The notes under the pieces were generated by a model, which was not told the origin of the DNA, did not search any database, and saw nothing but the letters and a program-made list of their open reading frames with translations. 64,000 bases of DNA from Blastocatellia bacterium. GTDB taxonomy: Bacteria > Acidobacteriota > Blastocatellia > UBA7656. The stretch lies in NCBI GenBank assembly GCA_963765495.1, contig CAVXWP010000007.1, positions 512,001 to 576,000 on the forward strand, read 5' to 3'. This document shows, one piece after another, positions 56,442 to 64,000 of the stretch. A program made the position numbers and the translations under genes. Every line of letters starts with the position of its first letter. The stretch's first letter is position 1.

Positions 56442-57758
56442 CTAATCTGCCGCGCTTGCCTTCTCCGTGATTATTGATGTCGATTCGAACAGAAGCGACT
56501 GCAAGAGGAGCGAATCGTGGAAGGATGAGTATATATCCTCAAACTCATCCTGCAACTGAGTGGCATATTCTGCCGGATATGATCTTTCGACCTCCTGTTT
56601 TATCTGCTCAATCGAAAGACCCCGCAAAAGGCACCGGAGTATGAACAAACAATCCTCATCGAAGTAGTCCATACCGAGTATATTTGGCTCTGCCGATCCC
56701 AGCACTTTCGTGGTTGAAAACTCCATCACCCAATCGGCAACCGTGTCGACAGAATCCTTTTCGGGAAAGCGTTGCTTGACCAGATCGAGGATCATCTCTC
56801 TTTGCGGCACGTTCAGCAGCAACGCCATAAAGAATCGGTGGTCGCTTTCGGTCAAATAGGCCCTTCGTCTCGACATATTTAACTGTCTCTGGAGTTCGGC
56901 AAAGACCCGGGGAACAATATCCATCAACTGCCCATGCTTGAGGCGGGCCTTTTCGAGCAGCTTATTGAAGCGTTCTCTGCCGGTCGAAAGCTGAAATATG
57001 CGTTCCATCTCGTCGGAGGTCAGGTGTTGAAATGCCGTATAGAGTATCGAAAAAGAGGTGTGAAAATCTGAGTGAGCGATCATCTCACTGATCATGGAAT
57101 CGGCGTCCTGATGCTTCATCCTGAGGAGCAGGGCGGCGCTCTGAACCTTCTTTGTGGATGAGATTTCAGCAAAGAAAGGATTCGAGGCAATATAAGGTTT
57201 CAGATATTCAAACTGCGGCAACACGCCGGGGGTTTGATAGGTTCTGATTGTGATAGTCGTCGATGGTCTGTCAAGATGAAACAGCGAGTGTATGTAGCGG
57301 TCGCCGGGCAATATCTTTCTGATCTGGCCCTTCTTCAGCAACTCGACCTCCTTAAAAACAGTCTGCCCGACCTGAAGATGAGAGTTTATCTCAACCTCCC
57401 GGTTGAATCCGTACTGGCTGTGGATGCTCGACCCGGAGAGCACCTGAAAGGCCCCTGAAAAGGCGTGCTGATGGATGCTTGTGGTTCCATCGAGCCAGTA
57501 ATAGATATCTATATAAAACCGTGGTCCGCTATAGAGCGTGATCGGGGGGTCGCCGAAACGGGCGTCAATGTCTTGCTGCGGAGGAATCTGTATGGCTTTG
57601 CCAAGCCACTCGATTATGTTCCAGGGGTCGACCTGCTCGCTCGGATTGGTTTCGGCGAGCGCCTGCGCAGCAATGTCGGGGAATATATCTTCGTTATAAT
57701 TTTTGTCTCTCCATCGCTGTTCTACAAGCGATCCGAGTCTCTGAAAAAAGTCCATCAT
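56442..57758 (-). CDS. Cupin-fold (cysteine-dioxygenase-like) metalloprotein with helical C-terminal domain
   Basis: YYWLDGTTSIHQHAFSGAFQVLSG ... YIHSLFH; GGAGG RBS. Confidence 0.7.
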   Translation of the reverse strand: MMDFFQRLGSLVEQRWRDKNYNEDIFPDIAAQALAETNPSEQVDPWNIIEWLGKAIQIPPQQDIDARFGDPPITLYSGPRFYIDIYYWLDGTTSIHQHAFSGAFQVLSGSSIHSQYGFNREVEINSHLQVGQTVFKEVELLKKGQIRKILPGDRYIHSLFHLDRPSTTITIRTYQTPGVLPQFEYLKPYIASNPFFAEISSTKKVQSAALLLRMKHQDADSMISEMIAHSDFHTSFSILYTAFQHLTSDEMERIFQLSTGRERFNKLLEKARLKHGQLMDIVPRVFAELQRQLNMSRRRAYLTESDHRFFMALLLNVPQREMILDLVKQRFPEKDSVDTVADWVMEFSTTKVLGSAEPNILGMDYFDEDCLFILRCLLRGLSIEQIKQEVERSYPAEYATQLQDEFEDIYSSFHDSLLLQSLLFESTSIITEKASAAD

Positions 57759-57856
57759 CCTACCTCCAGAAGTTCCTTTGGCTGAGGAAGAATATCTCTA
57801 ATCTCGATTGCTGGCAACAAGGCGATGAGTATTGGCCGGGCGATTTTTTTATGGTA

Positions 57857-57886
57857 TTGACAATTGGGAAATGCCCACATTATGCT
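57857..57886 (+). promoter_or_regulatory. Sigma70-type promoter for the polysaccharide operon
   Basis: TTGACA-18 nt-TATGCT. Confidence 0.55.
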
Positions 57887-58295
57887 TTTTCGCGCTTTAG
57901 GTTTCCGAACAAGATGAGGTCGCCAGGAGCGATCAGGGGTGCAGATAAGATCAAAGCTTTTGGAGAAGTATTGTTCGTCTCACCTTAGGAAGCGCGCGCG
58001 GAGAAATCCAGGAAAATTGAAGAGAATGGAGACTCGCAGATTGTGCTTGTCTGTCGAGCGTCCTTGATGATTCCAGAATTTGCTCGTAACATCTCAGCAT
58101 CAAACTCCCCCTTAAGAACTCATAAGGATGCTGTTTTGACAAACTGAATTGCCGTCGTGTCGGCTTCCCTCGCGGGCTTACCTTTCAAAGGGCGTAGCCT
58201 GCTCAAAACGCCGCAATACGAAGGGTAATTTTCGACTGCCCCCAGGCCCGGCCCATTCGATCAATGATCAGGTTCCTCAGGAAATCGTAATACTA

Positions 58296-59582
58296 ATGAC
58301 CCTGGAAATATCTCTAAAAAAGGCGACAGCCAGGATTGCCCTGATGGGGGCCGCCGCCGCTTTGTTTTGTCTGCTTTCCGTATTGATAATTTCCAATTTC
58401 ATTACGGGAATAATGGCCGACGAGCGTATCAAGGTGAATCGCGGGCTTCTGGCCTCGACAATCATATATTTTCCGAATTCGGCCCGTTTGCAGGCCCGGC
58501 TTGCGCAGGTTGAGCTGGCGGAGCCTGACCGCGATCTTTCCGTAGCCGAAGCTCACGCCCGGCGTGCAATCGCGCTTTTGCCGGATAATTACAAGCCCCG
58601 GCTTTTACTTGCTTCAATCGAAGAATTGAAGGGGGATCGCGACTCCGCCGAGCTCTCCTTGCGCGAGGCGGTTCGGCTCGCACCACACAATCGAGAGGTC
58701 CACTACCGACTGGCTAATCTGCTGCTGAGAGAAGGCAAACTTGACGAATCGGTTGAAGAGTTTCGCCTGACGACCGAAGCCAATCCCTCTCTTCTTCCCG
58801 CGACGCTCGATCTCGTATGGCGGGCCACGGGTGGCGATACGGAAGCGGTGAAAAAGATCGCGGGCACAGATGTGAAAGCGAGGCTCGCGCTCGCTCAATT
58901 TCTCGTCAATCAATCGCGCGCAGATGACGCGGCAACGGTTTTCGACGGCCTCGACCGCTCGACGCAGATGGATGCGCCAGAGACCGCTCCTTTCCTCAAT
59001 TCGCTCATCGCAAAGGGGGAGGGAGGGGTTGCGCGAAGGATTTGGGGTGAATTGCTGGGAGGCAGCCGCACAGGCGCGCTCGTTTCAAACGGCGGATTTG
59101 AAGACGACATCCTCAAGAACTTCGATCAATTCGACTGGGCTATTTCGCGCAGCGAATACGCACGCATTCTTATAGACACTCGCCTGGCGCACGGCGGGAC
59201 GCGTTCGCTTAAGATAGATTTCACAGGCCGGGATACGACCCGACTCGATAACGAGATTCGCCAGCTTGTAATGGTCAACGCGGGAGTCCGATACAGATTG
59301 GAGTGCTACGCAAGAACAGAGGAGCTTGTCACGCCCGAAGGACCGCGCGTGGTTGTGACAGACAAGTCGAACAACTGGCTGGCCTCTTCCGCGCCCCTTG
59401 CTTCGGGGACGAGCGACTGGCAGCGAATCGCGATTGAGTTTGCCGCTCCATCAGGCGACATAGGGGATAAACCCGGCGGGCAGATGGTTTACATCTCGAT
59501 CAAACGAAAGCCTGAATTCAGCTATGACGATCCTACACGGGGAAGCGTCTGGTTTGACGATTTCTTAATCAGTAGGCAGTAG
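58296..59582 (+). CDS. Membrane-anchored TPR + carbohydrate-binding (CBM4/9-like) protein
   Basis: N-terminal TM, TPRs (AVRLAPHN...YRLANLLLREG), LVSNGGFE...VWFDDF. Confidence 0.8.
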   Translation: MTLEISLKKATARIALMGAAAALFCLLSVLIISNFITGIMADERIKVNRGLLASTIIYFPNSARLQARLAQVELAEPDRDLSVAEAHARRAIALLPDNYKPRLLLASIEELKGDRDSAELSLREAVRLAPHNREVHYRLANLLLREGKLDESVEEFRLTTEANPSLLPATLDLVWRATGGDTEAVKKIAGTDVKARLALAQFLVNQSRADDAATVFDGLDRSTQMDAPETAPFLNSLIAKGEGGVARRIWGELLGGSRTGALVSNGGFEDDILKNFDQFDWAISRSEYARILIDTRLAHGGTRSLKIDFTGRDTTRLDNEIRQLVMVNAGVRYRLECYARTEELVTPEGPRVVVTDKSNNWLASSAPLASGTSDWQRIAIEFAAPSGDIGDKPGGQMVYISIKRKPEFSYDDPTRGSVWFDDFLISRQ

Positions 59583-59705
59583 GCAGTAGGCAGTTATAGG
59601 AATCGGGTACCAACTACTCATATTCATATCCGGCTTCTACCTCTATCTGATCCGGTTTAACTTGATTTACCGCTTTATAACTGCCTACTGCCTACTGCCT
59701 ACTGC
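59570..59705. repeat. Inverted heptamer arrays (AGGCAGT)n ... (ACTGCCT)n
   Basis: Arrays at 59570-59594 and 59680-59705. Confidence 0.88.
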
Positions 59706-59722
59706 TTATAGCGGCTCTGATT

Positions 59723-60910
59723 GTGATCGGCCTTGCGCAGAGCGTGGCATTTACGGACGGCGACGGCCGCAGGGTGAGCCTCTCGATGAATGTAGATGCT
59801 ACTCGCCCGGCGGTGATGGTGATGTTTTTTCTGCTGGTTTCGTTTATAATTGCTCGGAACTTTGTTGCTACACGCGAGCGGGTAGGTTCACTGGCCAGCT
59901 TCCTCGTATTCTACGGACTGGCCATGTCGGTATTTGCGCTGATTCAACATTTTGCCTGGGATGGTCGGTTCTATTGGTTGAGGCCGACCGATCAGGGAAC
60001 GGTATTCGGACCGTTTGTCAATCGCAATCACTATGCCGGCTACATAGAGATGCTGGCCCCGATTCCGGTTGCGCTCATAATCACTCGCGGCGTGAGCCGG
60101 GAATCGTGGGCGCTCTACGGTTTTGCAGCCGCGATCATGGGTATATCGGTGATTGTTACCCTCTCGCGAGGAGGCACAATCAGCCTAATCTCAGGAATGG
60201 TGTTTCTGGCGATTGCGAGCGCCCGGCTCAATAAAAGGAACGAAGGTAAAACAGTGACGGACGCAAAAGCGCCTGCAAAACGGCACTTTTCATCCTTCAA
60301 GCGCGTCGGGGTTGTTGCTTTCATCAGTATTGCGGTCCTTGCGGGCGTGATCTGGATAGGAGCCGAAGCGGTTCTGAATCGCGCGGTCGAGACTCTGAAT
60401 ACGGTTCGGAAAAGCGAAACTCAGATCCTGAGCCGCACAGGGATTTGGAAAGATACGTGGGCGATGATTCGCGCCAATCCGGTTATGGGAGTAGGTATCG
60501 GCGCTTACGAAGCAGTTTACCCTATGTATGGTCGCGGCGACGGCACTATGATAGTAGATTATGCGCACAATGATTATTTGCAGGTGCTCTCGGATACGGG
60601 CATCATTGGCGGATTTGTCGCGCTCTGTTTCCTCGGGCTGATCTTTCGCGCGATCAGGCGAGGGGCTGAAAATAATGATCCTCTTCTGAGAGGAGCAGCG
60701 CTTGGCGGCGGCGCGTCCATTTTTTCGATCCTCGTTCATAGTTTATTTGACTTCAATCTGCAAATACCATCTAATGCTTTGCTGTTTCTGGTTCTTGCTG
60801 CCGTGGTCTCGTCAGTCGGCGCGCTTGAAGGCGCGAGCGAACTGACGAAGGCGGGGCAGCCGGCTGTCGCGATTGATACGACCGGCCTTCATACAGGAGT
60901 ACGATCATGA
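59723..60910 (+). CDS. O-antigen ligase/Wzy_C family membrane protein (5' end unclear)
   Basis: GPFVNRNHYAGY, TLSRGG, RTGIW, PVMGVGIG, AHNDYLQ, HSLFDFNL. Confidence 0.88.
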   Translation: MIGLAQSVAFTDGDGRRVSLSMNVDATRPAVMVMFFLLVSFIIARNFVATRERVGSLASFLVFYGLAMSVFALIQHFAWDGRFYWLRPTDQGTVFGPFVNRNHYAGYIEMLAPIPVALIITRGVSRESWALYGFAAAIMGISVIVTLSRGGTISLISGMVFLAIASARLNKRNEGKTVTDAKAPAKRHFSSFKRVGVVAFISIAVLAGVIWIGAEAVLNRAVETLNTVRKSETQILSRTGIWKDTWAMIRANPVMGVGIGAYEAVYPMYGRGDGTMIVDYAHNDYLQVLSDTGIIGGFVALCFLGLIFRAIRRGAENNDPLLRGAALGGGASIFSILVHSLFDFNLQIPSNALLFLVLAAVVSSVGALEGASELTKAGQPAVAIDTTGLHTGVRS

Positions 60911-62016
60911 GATTTAGAACTGAAAGAATGCCGACACAAGTTTTCCGGTTATTTGTTTTGTCAGTAATTTTGTTTGCGCCCGCAGGCGGCATATCCTTTT
61001 CTCAACAGCGCGAGCACCCTCAGCAGATGCGGCCCCCGTCTCAGTCGATCACCGATCCCCTGCCTGCGCCAAGCATCCTTGTCTCTCCCGACGAGGATTA
61101 CCGCATAGGCCCGGCCGATGTGATCGAGATACAGATAGAGGATGCGCCGGAGCTTTCTAATACCTGGCGCGTGAGCGCAAACGGCACCGTCTCGATGCCT
61201 TATCTGGATAGCGTGAAGGCGGAAGGCAAGTCGCCCGTGGAGCTTGAGAAATTCATAGCCGACGGATTGCGCGGTCGCTATTTGAAAGACCCGCAGGTCC
61301 ACGTTCTGGTCAAACAGATCAACAGCCGGTCATTTTTTATTCAAGGTTCTGTTCGGCGTCCGGGCGTATATCAGATAGAGGGTCGCCCGTCGCTGCTAAA
61401 GCTCATCACAGTCGCCGGAGGACTGGCCGACAGTCATGGCTCTACCGCTTTCATCATCAGCGAGAAAAAGCCAAAGAGAGACGAAGGCGCAGAAACCGTT
61501 GATGCGGCTCCGGCAAAAGAGATATTGCAGACATCCGGGCAGAGATCCGACGGTAAGATTGAAAATGCTGATGCAGGCGCGGATTATGATCTCAAGACCG
61601 TAAACATCAGCGGGTTGCTCAGAGGCCGTTTCAATCAGAACATGTATCTTGATCCCGGAGATATAGTAAATATCCCGCCGCTCGATGTCTTTTTCGTGGC
61701 GGGCGAAGTAAACGCGCCGGGGTCGTTTCCCCTGAAAGAAGGCACGACCTTGCGGCAGGCGGTCTCTCTGGCTCAAGGCACGACTTTCAATGCTGCCGGA
61801 AGCGAGGGAGTCATCTTCCGCGAAGACCTGGCCACCGGGCAGCGCAACGAAATCAAGGTTGATATCGGCGAAGTTATGAGAGGCAAAAAGGAAGATATAC
61901 AGATACAGGCAAACGATATAATCATAGTCCCAAACAGCCGGTTCAAATCCGTAGGCAACGCATTGCTCAGGGCCTTCGGACTCGGAACGGCTCAACGCGG
62001 GCCTTATCGTTATTGA
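60907..62016 (+). CDS. Polysaccharide export protein (Wza/OPX, SLBB repeats)
   Basis: YRIGPADVIEI, VSANGTVSMPY, YLKDPQV, GSVRRPG, GEVNAPG. Confidence 0.92.
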   Translation: MRFRTERMPTQVFRLFVLSVILFAPAGGISFSQQREHPQQMRPPSQSITDPLPAPSILVSPDEDYRIGPADVIEIQIEDAPELSNTWRVSANGTVSMPYLDSVKAEGKSPVELEKFIADGLRGRYLKDPQVHVLVKQINSRSFFIQGSVRRPGVYQIEGRPSLLKLITVAGGLADSHGSTAFIISEKKPKRDEGAETVDAAPAKEILQTSGQRSDGKIENADAGADYDLKTVNISGLLRGRFNQNMYLDPGDIVNIPPLDVFFVAGEVNAPGSFPLKEGTTLRQAVSLAQGTTFNAAGSEGVIFREDLATGQRNEIKVDIGEVMRGKKEDIQIQANDIIIVPNSRFKSVGNALLRAFGLGTAQRGPYRY

Positions 62017-62120
62017 TGCTTGCGGGACTGTTATTTTCGAGAGCGCGGGCAGAGGTGCGCGCTCTCGTATCCACTTAACACAATCATTTTAGTAATGAGC
62101 GGTCATATCGGAGAACCCCG

Positions 62121-64000
62121 ATGGATAAAGAAAGATTCGAATTAGAAAAGCTCCCAATAGATACGGAACACAAAGAGATAGGCGGGCTGCGCCCGCGCTA
62201 CGCGAGCGCAGGTTATGGTTACGGAAGTAATTACGGCGTGGACGAAGGCAAAATCCATGTGCGCGAACTGTGGCGAACAATCCGCAAGCGCAAATGGATG
62301 ATCCTCACGCTGATCCTCGTCATTACTACGCTTGTAACTATCGAGATGTATCGGACCAGGAATACCTATCAGGCAAGCGCCTTGATAGAGATAGGCAAAG
62401 ACAGCGCCTCGCTTGGAAAGACCGGCAGCCTCTTCGGAGACGATTACGACCCGTATTATATGGTCAATATAAAGACGAAGATGCTCTCGCTACAGAGCCG
62501 GTCATTGATGGAAAGCGTGGTCACAAGTCTCAATCTCGACCAGAACCCGAAATTTCTGGAAGCGGGTCGAAAGAAATCCTTCTGGGGGGGGATAAAATCA
62601 ATAGCCGCCAGAGTGGGTCTCGGAAGCCCGGAAGACAACAAAAATCTTGATGATGAGAAGTTCGACGTTCAATCCGACATGACCGAACAGGAGGCCGAAG
62701 AGAAACGACGCGAAGCCTGCGTCACTATACTTCAGGCAACCTTGAACGTAGAGCCGATTCGCGAGACGAAAGCCATCAGAATTTCATACACGCACGCCGA
62801 CCCTGAGATCGCGCAGGCGGTCACAAACAGCATCGCCGAAAACTTCCTGAACAACAATTTCCAGTCCAAGACCGAGAAATTCACGAGGACGGCCAAGTGG
62901 CTTGACGAACAAACGAACCGCCTCAAGGCTCAGGTCGAAAAGGCCGAACAGGCGCTTGCAAACTACACTCGCGAAAGAGGAATCTTTTCGACCGACGGGA
63001 AAGATGCGACCCTGACTACCGACAAGCTTTCGCGTCTGCACGAGCAGGCTATGCGGGCCGAAACCGACCGCATGCTGAAGCAATCGCTTTACGAAGAGGT
63101 CAAGCAGGGCCGCGTTCAGCAACTCCCCGAAGCCTTCGCCGACATGGTTTACAAATCGTCTCCGAAGATGGCCGAGCTTCAAAGACAACTCGGAGAACTT
63201 GAAGCCAACGCCGCCGAACTCGGCGTAAAGTTTGGTCCCGACAACCCGCAGGTCAGAGAGGTGAAGGGGCGAATAGAGGCCATCAAAGAACAGATAGCTC
63301 AAAACAGCACCTCGCTCGAAGCGAAGGTTCGAAACGATTATGAGCGTGCCTTGCGCGACGAGCAGATGCTTAAAAACGCCCTGACGCAGGCAAAAGGCGA
63401 AGCCATACAGCAGAATCAGGATGCTATTCAATTCAATATTCTGAAGCAGGACGTAGACACGGCTAAGACGCTTTACACGGAATTTCTGGGCAAGACCAGC
63501 CAGGCAAACGCCCAGATAGCCGAGCAGTACAACAACCTGAAGGTGATCGAGCCCGCGCAGTTGCCTCACTCAGCGGTCGGCCCCCGGCGTATGCTCATGA
63601 TTATGGCCAGTTTTATGTTGAGTCTGGCCGTCGGCGTGGGGCTGGCGTTCTTCCTCGAATATCTGGACAACACAATCAAGACGGTCGAAGACGTGAGCCG
63701 CTACACGCAGCTACCCGCCCTGAGCGTAATACCGGCAGCGACCGGAAACGGCATTCGCCGCCTTTCATCCAAAGGGAGAAAGCGGATCGCCACCGCGAAT
63801 CTTGAGAATGCGGGCGGCAACTCTCAACTCGTGGCGCTCGATACCCGATCATCTGCCGCCGAAGCCTATCGCGTATTGCGTACGTCGGTGCTGTTGTCGG
63901 CTGCCGGGCACCCGCCAAAGACCATACTCGTCACAAGCGGGCAGCCGGGCGAGGGCAAGACCACGACCGTAGTCAACACGGCCATCTCGCTTGCGCAACT
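62121..64000 (+). CDS. Polysaccharide co-polymerase/tyrosine autokinase (Wzc/GumC), 3' truncated by window edge
   Basis: Not in the ORF track; read by hand as MDKERFELEK...ELWRTIRKRKW, TM, coiled coil, TM, AEAYRVLRT, Walker A GQPGEGKTT near 63940. Confidence 0.92.
   Translation, partial: MDKERFELEKLPIDTEHKEIGGLRPRYASAGYGYGSNYGVDEGKIHVRELWRTIRKRKWMILTLILVITTLVTIEMYRTRNTYQASALIEIGKDSASLGKTGSLFGDDYDPYYMVNIKTKMLSLQSRSLMESVVTSLNLDQNPKFLEAGRKKSFWGGIKSIAARVGLGSPEDNKNLDDEKFDVQSDMTEQEAEEKRREACVTILQATLNVEPIRETKAIRISYTHADPEIAQAVTNSIAENFLNNNFQSKTEKFTRTAKWLDEQTNRLKAQVEKAEQALANYTRERGIFSTDGKDATLTTDKLSRLHEQAMRAETDRMLKQSLYEEVKQGRVQQLPEAFADMVYKSSPKMAELQRQLGELEANAAELGVKFGPDNPQVREVKGRIEAIKEQIAQNSTSLEAKVRNDYERALRDEQMLKNALTQAKGEAIQQNQDAIQFNILKQDVDTAKTLYTEFLGKTSQANAQIAEQYNNLKVIEPAQLPHSAVGPRRMLMIMASFMLSLAVGVGLAFFLEYLDNTIKTVEDVSRYTQLPALSVIPAATGNGIRRLSSKGRKRIATANLENAGGNSQLVALDTRSSAAEAYRVLRTSVLLSAAGHPPKTILVTSGQPGEGKTTTVVNTAISLAQ

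Noticed and set aside
57951-58142. 63-aa ORF as a separate RiPP precursor
   Set aside because: No leader motif, RBS or compositional hallmark seen; lies antisense in the probable leader of the polysaccharide operon

Overview
Bacterial chromosomal window with GC-rich coding regions; gene content (lpxB, bamD, gatA, C25 surface proteins) suggests a diderm soil bacterium, probably Acidobacteria/Blastocatellia (inference). Bases 1-34.7 kb are housekeeping and metabolic genes: gatA, a REC/KaiC-like/hybrid histidine kinase operon, M28 and M16 peptidases, HU/IHF, a Tat-exported Mo-hydroxylase operon, lpxB, bamD, rpe, an acyl-CoA ligase, a short TIR-TPR gene, nagZ-like/SBP/MFS genes and mtnA. Many gene junctions carry inverted arrays of heptamer repeats or MITE-like palindromes, and some repeats lie in frame inside genes. 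Bases 35-64 kb form a cell-surface locus. It starts with three very large secreted proteins that have unrelated N-terminal passengers and a shared PT-motif/Ig-like/C25 (gingipain/PorU-like) C-terminal module; the third gene has extreme, domain-delimited purine/pyrimidine strand skew. Next is a RiPP-like cassette: an HPr-kinase-like gene, a PqqD/RRE fused through an internal twin-arginine signal to a 27-aa cystine-knot-pattern peptide, a nucleotidyltransferase and a convergent cupin. A Wza/Wzc/O-antigen-ligase polysaccharide operon runs off the window end. No rRNA, tRNA or CRISPR array was recognised. All family calls come from motifs recognised by eye; no searches were run.
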